Of a stretch of 64,000 nt of DNA, positions 18,007 through 27,701 are shown one piece after another (position 1 is the first letter of the stretch; every line of letters starts with the position of its first letter). The notes below the pieces were generated by a model. That model saw nothing but the letters and a program-made list of their open reading frames with translations. It was not told the DNA's origin and did no database searches. A program made the translations under genes and the position numbers. Source of the DNA: a virus. The stretch spans positions 32,001 through 96,000 of the IMG/VR virus record IMGVR_UViG_3300013132_000026, one strand, 5' to 3'.

Positions 18007-19027
18007 ACCTAAACACACGGCACTTTCCGCTAGCAGAATCAAAACATTAGAAAAATGCAGTTGGTCATATTGGTGCTCTTATGTTCTCAAGTTGCCCGAT
18101 AAGGCGAACGACGGCTCGTCTCGCGGAAACGTTGTCCACTTGGTCCTTGAAATGCTTGCTAAAAAAAATCGTAAGCAATACGTTAACGATATCTTATTCG
18201 CGAAGAATATTTTTTGCGTTCCGTCGATCAAGAAGCTCACTTTAAAGCACGCCAGAAAGCATAATGTTTCCGATCAAGAGAACATTGAGCTAATCAAGCA
18301 AATGACGCTGACCGCCCTAGAGCATGACTTCTGGGGTAAGGGTAACGGTAAAGTTCTGCAAGATTTGCAAGAAAGAACTTTCGATATTGACATTTCAGAA
18401 GAAAATAAAAGCTATCGTTTAAGGGGTTTTATTGACCGCCAGTTCATGTACGAAGACGGATCATCGGTTGTTCGCGATTACAAGACTAGCAAAGCGGTAT
18501 TTAGCGGCAAAGATGCCGATGACAATCTTCAGCATTTTATTTATACTCTTGCGTCTAAAAAGCTCGATCCAAAATACGAGGTTGCTATGGAATTTTTATT
18601 TCTAAAATTCGACCTGCAGAAGAAAAAGGGCGGCGGCTTGTTGAAGATGGAGCCTCTATCGGAAAAAGACCTTTCCGATTTTGAGCTTCACCTTACAGAA
18701 GTGCAAAAAGTAATTGACAACTTTTCCGAGAGGGACGCTTATTCAAATTTTGCTGCCGACAAACCAATGCCTTCTGATGGTTCATTTTCTGGGAAATTGT
18801 CTTGCGGCTTCGCGAAATACAAAGGTCAGCTAAAGAAAGACGGCAATCCAATGTGGCATTGCCCCTACAAGTTTGATTTTATTTACTACGCTCTTCGAGA
18901 CAAAGAAAATAAAATTGTAAAAACTGCATTTGGAGAAGACGCTGGAGATCTTTTTAAAGGTATGCCAGAGGGCTTTAAGGTCACAAAAGAGCAGTATGCT
19001 GGTTGTCCAGCGCATCAAAAGACTTGA
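17999..19027 (+). CDS. PD-(D/E)xK nuclease (RecB/Cas4-like exonuclease)
   Basis: LSASRIKTLEKC, GNVVH, LRGFIDR, VRDYKTS and Q..IY motifs; C-terminal Cys cluster. Confidence 0.85.
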   Translation: MDKPKHTALSASRIKTLEKCSWSYWCSYVLKLPDKANDGSSRGNVVHLVLEMLAKKNRKQYVNDILFAKNIFCVPSIKKLTLKHARKHNVSDQENIELIKQMTLTALEHDFWGKGNGKVLQDLQERTFDIDISEENKSYRLRGFIDRQFMYEDGSSVVRDYKTSKAVFSGKDADDNLQHFIYTLASKKLDPKYEVAMEFLFLKFDLQKKKGGGLLKMEPLSEKDLSDFELHLTEVQKVIDNFSERDAYSNFAADKPMPSDGSFSGKLSCGFAKYKGQLKKDGNPMWHCPYKFDFIYYALRDKENKIVKTAFGEDAGDLFKGMPEGFKVTKEQYAGCPAHQKT

Positions 19028-19057
19028 CAAGTCTCGTTCTCTTGTTATTTATGAGTA

Positions 19058-19795
19058 ATGGTCCCTTTATTCAAGTCTCACTTTTCCGTGGGGAAAAGCA
19101 TTTTAACTCTGGCTGAACCAGAAAAGCAAAAGCCAGACGGTCCAGACAGTATTATTTCCATCGCAATCGAGAACGGATTAAAAGAAATCTATCTCGTAGA
19201 AGACTCGCTGACTGGCTTTTTGACGGCTTTCAAATCGTGCAAAGCGCACGATATTCATCTCAAGTTCGGGTTAAGAATTTCTGTTTGCAACTCGTATGAT
19301 TCAGTAGAGACTTCTAGTCACAAAGTCGTTTTGTTTGCCTTGAACGACAACGGGTTCAAGGACTTGAATAAGATTTACACGCACGCCTTCGTTCATCACG
19401 AAGGCACGATTTCTAACGATGATATTGTAGCCAAATTAACGGAGAACGTGCTTGTTGCAATTCCGTTTTACGACTCGTACATCTGGAATAATATGTATAG
19501 CTTTTCAGACTGTATGCCGAGCTTTAATGCGCACGTTTATTTTGTGGAAGACAACAATCTTCCGTTCGATAAGCTTACCGCCGATTTTATCCGTTCGAAA
19601 CAAAACAAATCTTCCATTGTAGAAGCCAAGTCGATCTACTATTATAAGAGAGACGACTTTGACGCTTGGATAACGTACAAGATCGCTTGCAATCGACGCA
19701 TGGGCAAATCGCAGACCTTGTCTGCGCCAGAGATCAATGGGTGCGGAAGCCGCGAGTTCTGCTTCGAATCTTGGGCTCAGAGAAGCTATGAATAA
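19058..19795 (+). CDS. dnaE: DNA polymerase III alpha, stand-alone N-terminal PHP domain
   Basis: PLFKSHFSVGKSIL...LKFGLRI...VLFALNDNGFKDLNKI matches the DnaE PHP domain; TTGACA at 19024. Confidence 0.75.
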   Translation: MVPLFKSHFSVGKSILTLAEPEKQKPDGPDSIISIAIENGLKEIYLVEDSLTGFLTAFKSCKAHDIHLKFGLRISVCNSYDSVETSSHKVVLFALNDNGFKDLNKIYTHAFVHHEGTISNDDIVAKLTENVLVAIPFYDSYIWNNMYSFSDCMPSFNAHVYFVEDNNLPFDKLTADFIRSKQNKSSIVEAKSIYYYKRDDFDAWITYKIACNRRMGKSQTLSAPEINGCGSREFCFESWAQRSYE

Positions 19796-20414
19796 TCTTT
19801 TAAAACAGAAAATTAACCAAAAGTTTGTTGTCTTCGATACAGAAACCGAAGGACTGTCTTTGACCTCTTCGCGTCCTTGGCAACTTTCTTGGATCGTTTG
19901 TCAAGGCGATCAAATTTTAGAGAGACACGACGAGTTTGTGAAATACGATGATTTGAACGTTTCAGAGGATGCGGCTAAAGTTACAGGATTTAATTTTGCA
20001 AATTACTCTGCAAAAGCAAAAGACCCGATGGATGTTTGGAGAAAGTTTGCCAAGTATCTTTACGATGACCAGTACATTTTCGTCGGGCATAATATTCTCA
20101 ACTTCGATATTTACATCCTCAATACAATGATGCGCGGGCTTGGACTTAAAAATGATTGGCGTTTCGTGTCAAGAATGATCGATACCCGTTCTCTTGCCGT
20201 TGCAATGTTTAAGAAGATCAAGCGAAACGGCGATTTGATTCCTTGGCAAATTAAGCTTATTAACGTTCGCGAAAAAGGGCTAAAGGCTAGTCAAGGATTC
20301 CTTTTGAAGCATTTTGCCGTTGATCACGATCCGTCGAAACTGCACAACGCTCTGTACGACATTGAAATGAATTATATTTTATTCAGAAAACTTATCGCGG
20401 AGGTCGAAGTATGA
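19788..20414 (+). CDS. dnaQ: DEDDh 3'-5' proofreading exonuclease (epsilon-like)
   Basis: FDTETEGL, GHNILNFD, IDT and HNALYD motifs. Confidence 0.85.
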   Translation: MNNLLKQKINQKFVVFDTETEGLSLTSSRPWQLSWIVCQGDQILERHDEFVKYDDLNVSEDAAKVTGFNFANYSAKAKDPMDVWRKFAKYLYDDQYIFVGHNILNFDIYILNTMMRGLGLKNDWRFVSRMIDTRSLAVAMFKKIKRNGDLIPWQIKLINVREKGLKASQGFLLKHFAVDHDPSKLHNALYDIEMNYILFRKLIAEVEV

Positions 20415-22981
20415 GTCTTTTGCTCGAAACATTCAAAAGATACGAACATCCAGTACCGCCCGGCGTTCGACTCCCAGAAATTAAAATCGACGCCAAATAC
20501 TACGAAACACTTGGCATAGACAGTACTGTTTCTAATTTTGAGTTCTTGCGTCAACTTTGTTTGCGTGCAGTTGTCGCTAAAGGAATCGATAAACTTCCAA
20601 ATAAAAAAGAATACTACGAGCGAGCCAAGATGGAACTTGCCGTATTCAACGAACTCGGCTTCGTTGACTATATTTTGCTTAATTGGGACATTCTGAAATA
20701 CGCCCACGAAAACAATATCCCGACTGGGTACGGTCGCGGCTCTGCCGCTGGATCTCTGATTCTTTATTTACTTTCGGTCACTAACGTTGACCCAATCAAA
20801 AACGGCTTGTTCTTTGAGCGTTTCGTGTCCAAGAGTCGCGCAAAGAAGATCGTTGTTGATGGAATTACTTATCTCGATGGTTCGCTGATGCCAGATGTTG
20901 ATAACGATATCGAATTTTCTAAGCGTCACGAAGTTATCAATTATATCAAGACGAAGTACTCCGGTAAGACTTGCAAAATTCTTACCATGAACACGCTAAC
21001 TGGTAAACTATGCATCAAAGAGTGCGCGAAGATTATCGCCGAGATGAGCGAAGACGAAGTAAATGCGATTAGCGACGTTATTCCGAAACAGTTCGGCAAA
21101 GTATTCCCTCTCAAGGATGCCTATGACCAAAGCGAACAATTCAAAGCTTTTTGCGACAAGAATACCAAGGTATTCAAAATAGCAAAGAAAATCGAAGGGC
21201 TAAATAAAAATACGGGCGTTCACCCGTCTGGCATTTCGATTTCTTACTACGATAACGAAGAGATTATGCCTTTGCAAAAGACTGGCGACGGAGAAGTTGT
21301 GTCGGCTTACGACATGAACAATATTTCCGAGATCACCGTAAAGTTCGATATTCTTGGTCTCAGAACACTTACAGTCGTTTATGATACTTGCCAACGTCTC
21401 GGCTTAGACTTCAAGAATCTCGATTTCGATAAACCTGCTACTTACAAGTTCCTTCAAGACTTGCAGAATCCAAAGGGCTTGTTTCAAATTGAGGCGAATA
21501 CGAACTTCCATGTCTGCCGCAAAGTGAAGCCTCGCAATATGCTTGAACTTGCTTGTGTTCTTTCTCTTGCTCGACCGGGCGCTTTGGACTTCGTAGAACA
21601 GTATGCTCGTTACGTTGAGACTAATCAACTCCAATCAGTCCATCCATTTTTTGATGATATTTTGAGCGTAACTGGAGGTATCCCGATCTTTCAAGAACAG
21701 TTGATGAAAATGGTTGTTAAGGTTGGATTCACGCTCGATGAAGCAGAAACTGTTCGCCGTATCGTTGGCAAAAAGAAGGTTAGCGAAATGCCCGCTTGGC
21801 AAGAAAAAATTCGCAATAAAGTTGCCGAGAACGATCTAGAATCTCAAGTGGCGGACGTTCTTTGGAAGGTAGCTGAAGATAGCGCGAACTATTCGTTTTG
21901 CGCCGCCCATGCCTTTTCCTACGGAACCCTAAGCGCATTAACAACTTACCTAAAATTTAATCATCCAAAAGAATTTTTCTTAGCTCTCTTAAAGTCTTCA
22001 AAGCACGAACCAGATCCGCACGAAGAGATCGAGACGATCTCTCAGGAACTCAGTTTCTTCGGTATCCGACTGCTTCCTCCCGACTTAGCAAAGTCTCACG
22101 CAGATTTTGAGATCGAGGGAGATAATATCCGATTCGGATTGAACGCGATTAAGGGCGTATCAGATAAGGTTCTTGAAAACCTTCTTACGTTTCGAGAAGC
22201 CGAGTTTAAAAACAAAATTGATTGTTTCGACGGGGCGAAAGAAGCTGGCGTAAATATCGGAGTTTTATCTTCTTTGATTCAAGCAGGAACGTTATCGAGC
22301 TTTAGTGAAAAGCGCTGCCGTCTCGTTCTTGAGGCTCAGAGCTACAATATTCTTACCGATAGAGAAAAGCGGAATGTTAAGCTTGTCGCTGATAAATATC
22401 AACACGACGCTCTAACTGCGATTTCAGAAATGGCGAAAGCTAAGGCTGTCGGCGACGACAATAAGCCGTTCATGACTGAAAAACGCTTTAATACATTTAA
22501 AACCAAATACGAGTCTTACAAAAAGATTTATGACATGAACAAGCAATACGAGAAGTTCGCCAATTGGTTTTTCGAAAAGCGATTGCTTGGCTACAGCTAC
22601 ACTTACAAGCTTAAAGAAGTTTTTCATCAAGACGAGCACGAACGACTATTCACGACTTACGAAGTTTCTCAAGCCCAAGTTCGAGATGCTGTAAAAATGG
22701 TTGGAGTCGTAAAAGAGGCTCGTAAAAAAGTGAGCAGAGCAGGCAGACCTTACTTATTGGTTAAAATTGCTGACGAGTACGGTCAAACCGTATGCCGTCT
22801 AACCGATGGCGGTCGCGACGACAAGTTTACGATGTACTACGAAGGAGGAGGCAAAACTCCAAAAGAAGACGATATCGTTGTCGTCTACGGCTCTAAAGCC
22901 GAGGACTCTATTTTCTTAAATGGCTTGACAATACTTTCGGAAAGGATCTATACTAAGCTATCGCAGATCGAATCTGTGTAA
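20411..22981 (+). CDS. dnaE: DNA polymerase III alpha catalytic core (no PHP domain)
   Basis: GRGSAAGSL, FERF, PDVDND, HPSG, KFDILGL, RPG and FQEQ motifs; C-terminal OB-fold. Confidence 0.95.
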   Translation: MSLLLETFKRYEHPVPPGVRLPEIKIDAKYYETLGIDSTVSNFEFLRQLCLRAVVAKGIDKLPNKKEYYERAKMELAVFNELGFVDYILLNWDILKYAHENNIPTGYGRGSAAGSLILYLLSVTNVDPIKNGLFFERFVSKSRAKKIVVDGITYLDGSLMPDVDNDIEFSKRHEVINYIKTKYSGKTCKILTMNTLTGKLCIKECAKIIAEMSEDEVNAISDVIPKQFGKVFPLKDAYDQSEQFKAFCDKNTKVFKIAKKIEGLNKNTGVHPSGISISYYDNEEIMPLQKTGDGEVVSAYDMNNISEITVKFDILGLRTLTVVYDTCQRLGLDFKNLDFDKPATYKFLQDLQNPKGLFQIEANTNFHVCRKVKPRNMLELACVLSLARPGALDFVEQYARYVETNQLQSVHPFFDDILSVTGGIPIFQEQLMKMVVKVGFTLDEAETVRRIVGKKKVSEMPAWQEKIRNKVAENDLESQVADVLWKVAEDSANYSFCAAHAFSYGTLSALTTYLKFNHPKEFFLALLKSSKHEPDPHEEIETISQELSFFGIRLLPPDLAKSHADFEIEGDNIRFGLNAIKGVSDKVLENLLTFREAEFKNKIDCFDGAKEAGVNIGVLSSLIQAGTLSSFSEKRCRLVLEAQSYNILTDREKRNVKLVADKYQHDALTAISEMAKAKAVGDDNKPFMTEKRFNTFKTKYESYKKIYDMNKQYEKFANWFFEKRLLGYSYTYKLKEVFHQDEHERLFTTYEVSQAQVRDAVKMVGVVKEARKKVSRAGRPYLLVKIADEYGQTVCRLTDGGRDDKFTMYYEGGGKTPKEDDIVVVYGSKAEDSIFLNGLTILSERIYTKLSQIESV

Positions 22982-22992
22982 AAATGAATAAA
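22925..22992 (+). promoter_or_regulatory. Tandem sigma70-type promoter and GTGTAA motif before clp
   Basis: TTGACA-N18-TATACT (22925-22954); GTGTAA at 22976-22981, 11 nt before an in-frame GTG at 22993. Confidence 0.5.
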
Positions 22993-25398
22993 GTGCAACA
23001 AATCAACTTCACTCCTAGGGCAACGCGGGCGCTAGAAATCTCCAAGCAGCGCTGTTTGGAGAATAACTATCATGAGATTACCGAAGACTTTTTGCTCCAC
23101 GCAATTTTGTTTTCCGAATCAATGATTGTTAATACGGTGTTTAGCGCCTTAAATATTCATACTAAACAAGTTGTGATTGCGCTATCGAAGACACTTCCGT
23201 CAAATAAAAAGAAACTGCCAAGCTCAGATATTCCGTTTGGTTCCGTCTCTGCCGAGGTTATTAAAAACTCTCAAATTATTTCTGAAGCGTTTAAGCAAAA
23301 CTATACTGGCGTAGAGCATATCTTTTTATCGCTTTTGAGGCACTCTGAACTTGTAAAAAAGTTCTTAAAAAAGAACTCGATTGACGTTGGCTTCTTGACA
23401 GATAAAACGGAAAAAGAGTGCGAACTCATTTCGAATCCGATTAAAAAGCCCGCGCCGCCTCAGTCTGACAGAACTAGCAACGAAAGCTTAATTTCATCTC
23501 ACTGCGTAGACTACAATGAAAAAGCTTCCAAGGGAGAATTTGACCATATATCTTTTCGCGAAAAAGAAGTCGAGCAGATGTTTGAAATCCTTTGTCGCAA
23601 GCAAAAGCGGAATCCGATGCTTATCGGAGATGCTGGAGTAGGCAAGAGTGCCGTTGTAGGGCTAATCGCAAAAAACATCATTTCGTGCAATTGCACAGAG
23701 TTTCTTTTGAATAAGAAGGTTTTATCTCTTGATCTTGGGGCTCTTATCTCTGGCACAAGGCTTCGCGGCGAGTTTGAAGAGAAGCTTGTAAAAATTATGA
23801 CGGAAATCAAAGCTATGGGCAATGTAATTTTGTTCATTGACGAGATTCATAATATTATTGGACTCGGCAATGACGCGGGTCAAATGGACGGAGCGAATAT
23901 CCTAAAGTCCTATTTTACTGCCGAAGACCTTTCGTTTATCGGGGCGACAACGCAACAAGAATACGACAAGTACTTTGCGAAAGACTCGGCTATGTCTCGG
24001 CGCTTCGAGAACGTCTTTGTTCGTGAGCCAACTAAAGACGAGACTTTCGGCATTTTGAAGAACGTGAAATCATTCTATCAGACGTTCCATATGATCGAGT
24101 ATCCAAATTCGGTCCTGATGAACATCGTTAATGTTTGCGATAAGTATATGCCAAATAGACGCTTCCCAGATAAGGCTATTGATCTTCTCGATCAGATCGG
24201 AGCTAAAGTTAAAATTCGAGGTTTTGCGCGTCCAGACGAAATTAAAAACATTGAAAAACTAATCATTCAATTCGAAAAGTTTGCTCCCGATGACGTGAAG
24301 AAAAACCACTTGCCTAACTTAATAAGAGATTACGAATCAAAATACAATGTCTGGGTAGAAGCCGCTAAGGAAAAAAAGGTTCGAGCGAAGAAGAAAGACG
24401 TTTACAAGGCTTTGTCAGATAAGCTCGGCAAAGTCATTGACTCAAATTCTGACAACGACGGAATCAAGAATATTTACAGCAACCTGCAAAAGCACGTCTT
24501 TGGACAAGACAAGGCTTTAAAGAAGATTTCCGATTGTATCTTGCGTTCATCATTTGGCTTGTCAAAGAATAGTCGCCCGCTTGGGAATTTTATGTTTATT
24601 GGCCCAACTGGCTCAGGAAAGAGTCATTTGGCTCGAACGCTAGCGAAACAGGCTTTCGGGAGCGATTCTAATCTTTGCGTAATAGATATGTCAGAGTTTA
24701 TGGAAAGTCATTCGGTTTCGAAACTGATTGGCGCTCCCCCCGGTTACGTTGGGTGTAATCAAGTAAGTGTTTTAACCGCTCATTTAACTCGCCACCCATC
24801 GTCAGTATTTCTTTTTGACGAAATCGAGAAAGCTCACCCAGACATAGTTAATGTTTTGCTCCAGATCATGGATAGCGGACAACTCACAACTTCTGACGGG
24901 GAAAAGCTTTCGTTTAAAAATTCAATCATCATTATGACCGGAAACGTTGGCTATCAAATCAACGATAATAAACGAATGGGTTTTATGGCGACTGCTCAAT
25001 CAACGCCTACAAAAGATACTGTTCTAGAAAGCTTAAAGAAGTTCTTCCGCCCAGAATTCTTGGCCCGCTTAAATGATATTGTTATTTTCGACGAACTTAG
25101 CGAAGAATCGCTGATCAAAGTGGTCGAATCCGAGTTTTCCCAGATTCAAGCATCGCTGCTTGAGAGCGGAACGAAAGTTTCTTTCTCGCCGGAAGTTATC
25201 GACTTTATTTTGCAGAAAACAAAAGATTCTAGCACGGGAGCAAGAAAAATCGTTTTTTACGTCGAAAATGAGATCAAAACCAAAATTGTAGACATCTTGC
25301 GGGCAAATACATACAATAAAATCAAGATCTCCATTAAAGACGGAGAGTTGACCATCAATGGAAAAACGAAGAAACTTCTTGCGACACACAGTATCTAG
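22984..25398 (+). CDS. clpC: ClpA/ClpC-type AAA+ unfoldase
   Basis: Clp-N repeats; two AAA modules (GDAGVGKS, FIDEIH; GPTGSGKS, LIGAPPGYVG, FDEIEKAH); MGF ClpP-docking-like loop. Confidence 0.9.
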   Translation: MNKVQQINFTPRATRALEISKQRCLENNYHEITEDFLLHAILFSESMIVNTVFSALNIHTKQVVIALSKTLPSNKKKLPSSDIPFGSVSAEVIKNSQIISEAFKQNYTGVEHIFLSLLRHSELVKKFLKKNSIDVGFLTDKTEKECELISNPIKKPAPPQSDRTSNESLISSHCVDYNEKASKGEFDHISFREKEVEQMFEILCRKQKRNPMLIGDAGVGKSAVVGLIAKNIISCNCTEFLLNKKVLSLDLGALISGTRLRGEFEEKLVKIMTEIKAMGNVILFIDEIHNIIGLGNDAGQMDGANILKSYFTAEDLSFIGATTQQEYDKYFAKDSAMSRRFENVFVREPTKDETFGILKNVKSFYQTFHMIEYPNSVLMNIVNVCDKYMPNRRFPDKAIDLLDQIGAKVKIRGFARPDEIKNIEKLIIQFEKFAPDDVKKNHLPNLIRDYESKYNVWVEAAKEKKVRAKKKDVYKALSDKLGKVIDSNSDNDGIKNIYSNLQKHVFGQDKALKKISDCILRSSFGLSKNSRPLGNFMFIGPTGSGKSHLARTLAKQAFGSDSNLCVIDMSEFMESHSVSKLIGAPPGYVGCNQVSVLTAHLTRHPSSVFLFDEIEKAHPDIVNVLLQIMDSGQLTTSDGEKLSFKNSIIIMTGNVGYQINDNKRMGFMATAQSTPTKDTVLESLKKFFRPEFLARLNDIVIFDELSEESLIKVVESEFSQIQASLLESGTKVSFSPEVIDFILQKTKDSSTGARKIVFYVENEIKTKIVDILRANTYNKIKISIKDGELTINGKTKKLLATHSI

Positions 25399-26341
25399 CA
25401 CAACTCTCCTGCCAGTTGAGCAGGAGATGCTAGACTCTGTATGCGAGAAGATCGAAGCGGAGCTTGAGGCTCCGATCTCAAGGAAAACACGCACGGCTAG
25501 TGAGGTTTTGTACGATCGATACGATCTGACTTCTGGCAAAGATTCGTATGTTCTGAAGGTCAACCTGTCTCCAGATACTCCAAATTTCTGGAGAGAGCTT
25601 CGCGAAAATCATTTTTCGTTTCACCCAGAAATCGTGGCGTCATCATTTGATGACGATTTCACTTTTTACTGTTATAAGACGACAAAGACATTCTCGGCGT
25701 CTAGCTTGACCGAGTTTCTGCTATCTAAGCGGCTTGGACTACAACACAAGATCGCAGAAGTCTTGAACGAGACTCATGCGATTAAGCTTTCGGACGTTGA
25801 TCAAACAACGGAAGTATTTCGCTCAATGCTGCCGATAGAAGCTGGCGCGTCAGTATCTTCGTTCCCGTTAGCTCACTTGTTTCTGCAGTGCAAACAGATA
25901 TTTGCGAAGCTGTACAAGCCAACGACTGATCTTGGCCTTTGCCACTTTGATGTTTCACCGCGAAATCTCTTGTACAATAATAGTGATTTTAAATTAATAA
26001 ATTTTGAGTATGCGGCGAATGCGAACGTCTATATCAACACGCTCTTAGTCAAAGAGACGCTAAACGGATCGGACGAGAGCTTCAACGATCTTTTGTCCGA
26101 CATGACAATCGACAAAACGAAGCTCGTTAAGTATCTTGATGCCGCAGAGATTTTTACATTCTGTTATTTTAATTCTAAGATTCTCGCAGAGTACTTGACT
26201 TTCGGGACTAGAAACGAACAGCTTTTGAGGTACTGGGTTCAGAAATCCGAGGCGATTTATAAAAATATCAAACAGAAGTTTTTTCTTCAAAAACCTATTG
26301 ACAAATCCATAGACGCCTTTTATGATGCTTGGAGACAATAA
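25358..26341 (+). CDS. APH/choline-kinase-like phosphotransferase, divergent
   Basis: YVLKV, LCHFDVSPRNLL and FKLINFEYA motifs. Confidence 0.65.
   Translation: MEKRRNFLRHTVSSTTLLPVEQEMLDSVCEKIEAELEAPISRKTRTASEVLYDRYDLTSGKDSYVLKVNLSPDTPNFWRELRENHFSFHPEIVASSFDDDFTFYCYKTTKTFSASSLTEFLLSKRLGLQHKIAEVLNETHAIKLSDVDQTTEVFRSMLPIEAGASVSSFPLAHLFLQCKQIFAKLYKPTTDLGLCHFDVSPRNLLYNNSDFKLINFEYAANANVYINTLLVKETLNGSDESFNDLLSDMTIDKTKLVKYLDAAEIFTFCYFNSKILAEYLTFGTRNEQLLRYWVQKSEAIYKNIKQKFFLQKPIDKSIDAFYDAWRQ
26298..26326 (+). promoter_or_regulatory. Strong sigma70-type promoter
   Basis: TTGACA-N17-TATGAT. Confidence 0.8.
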
Positions 26342-26354
26342 GTCATATCAAAAC

Positions 26355-26570
26355 ATGAGTACCAATACAAATCGTGCTATCAACGCTATTCGCGGCACTT
26401 CAGGTCGTTACTTCGGCCTTCGCACCACAACGGAAACGGTCAATGCTCGCCTCCTGAGCGAAACTCCATCAACGATTCTCGTTGAAGATCGCAACGCTGG
26501 TCGCGTTCGTCGTTTCCGGAAGTCCAGCATCCGTAATGTTACCTTCGAGGGTTGCAGTTACAACCGTTAA
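26355..26570 (+). CDS. Small basic protein, possibly Sm/Hfq-like fold
   Basis: 71 aa, Arg-rich, with its own promoter and terminator. Confidence 0.65.
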   Translation: MSTNTNRAINAIRGTSGRYFGLRTTTETVNARLLSETPSTILVEDRNAGRVRRFRKSSIRNVTFEGCSYNR

Positions 26571-26590
26571 TTAGCGCAGTGGTCATCACT

Positions 26591-26619
26591 AAAGCCCACG
26601 GGAAACCGTGGGCTTTTTT
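26591..26619 (+). terminator. Rho-independent terminator
   Basis: AAAGCCCACGG-GAAA-CCGTGGGCTTTTTT. Confidence 0.9.
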
Positions 26620-26635
26620 GTGTAAATATACTTAT
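26620..26635 (+). promoter_or_regulatory. Putative late promoter motif GTGTAA
   Basis: GTGTAA-ATATACTTAT-ATG immediately after a terminator. Confidence 0.65.
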
Positions 26636-26848
26636 ATGCCAATCCCAACACCAAAGCCCGATCAAGAAGAGTCCGAGTTTATCGGCTCTTGTATGTCTTC
26701 TAAGTCAATGAACGAAGACTACCCAAATCAGAAGCAACGCTATGCGATTTGCATCTCCCAGTTTAACCGTAAAAAGAAGAAGAACGAAGGATCAATGGAC
26801 GCTGTAAAGTGGGATGAAAAAGACGTTTCTCGCGTTATCATAGAGTAA
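26636..26848 (+). CDS. Small conserved phage protein
   Basis: MPIPTPKPDQEESEFIGSCMS...QRYAICISQF; start at 26636 after the terminator. Confidence 0.65.
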   Translation: MPIPTPKPDQEESEFIGSCMSSKSMNEDYPNQKQRYAICISQFNRKKKKNEGSMDAVKWDEKDVSRVIIE

Positions 26849-26849
26849 C

Positions 26850-27185
26850 ATGACCGCATACAATTGGACGTTCCCCTCTTTTGATTGCTATCCAGTTCAA
26901 TCTGGTTTGGCAGACGTAGTTGCTATGGTTCACTGGCAAATTCGAGCCGTTGAATCTGGCTCTAATGGAACAATATATATCTCTGAGGCTGGCGCAGGAA
27001 CTTCGCTTCCAGCAGTTAATCCAGAAGACTTTATTCCGTTCGATCAGCTCACTACGGGAGAGGCTGCGTCTTGGGTAATTCAGCTTGAGAACATTACTGG
27101 CACGAACGGAGTATATGAGAGACTTGCCTTAGATATCGAAAATCAGAAGAATCCACCGATTATAAAAAAGACTCTCGTTAGCTAA
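26850..27185 (+). CDS. Tail-fibre-associated / chaperone-like protein
   Basis: YNW...P...GLADVV..VHW...FIPFDQLT...W...I..QKNPP pattern common in phages. Confidence 0.55.
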   Translation: MTAYNWTFPSFDCYPVQSGLADVVAMVHWQIRAVESGSNGTIYISEAGAGTSLPAVNPEDFIPFDQLTTGEAASWVIQLENITGTNGVYERLALDIENQKNPPIIKKTLVS

Positions 27186-27239
27186 TACTTTAGTTTAAAA
27201 AATATTAGGGCGCGTTATCATCTCTAAACCAGATGATAT

Positions 27240-27701
27240 ATGCGCCTTAAATTTTATAAGCCCAACAAGTCAAACACTGGAACAGCATTATCTTTTAATG
27301 TTGTTCAGCGTCAAAAAGAGGGAGACGATAAGGGTCTCGACCTCTATGTTAGTTTTGTAAAGCAAGCTTCTTGGAACGAACAGAGTCGTAAAGGCTCATT
27401 TGCCGAGAACGCAAAGAATCCAGAAAAGACAGCTTCGCTAAAGCTGAACGAGACAGAAGCGGCGACGATCATTCGCGCTATTCGTCTCGGCACGAAGTTC
27501 TCGACAGTTCATGCGTATCAAGGCGCGACAACGTCGATCATGTTTGGCCCGTATCAAAAGAAGAACGGCGACCATGCGTTTTCGTTCTCTATCAAGAAGG
27601 GTGAACAGTCTTTTTTGATCGGCTTCGAACTCGGAGAGGGCGAGCTTGTCGCTCAGTTCCTTGAGAATTATTTGGCTCAATCGTTCGCCGTATCAGAATG
27701 A
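27240..27701 (+). CDS. Hypothetical protein, possibly Whirly/PC4-like ssDNA-binding
   Basis: 153 aa with a repeated beta4-alpha pattern; hairpin TATCATCT-N7-AGATGATA next to the start. Confidence 0.55.
   Translation: MRLKFYKPNKSNTGTALSFNVVQRQKEGDDKGLDLYVSFVKQASWNEQSRKGSFAENAKNPEKTASLKLNETEAATIIRAIRLGTKFSTVHAYQGATTSIMFGPYQKKNGDHAFSFSIKKGEQSFLIGFELGEGELVAQFLENYLAQSFAVSE

Noticed and set aside
17999-19027. Cas4 as part of a CRISPR-Cas system
   Set aside because: It is a solo PD-(D/E)xK nuclease in the replication operon, with no array or other cas genes.
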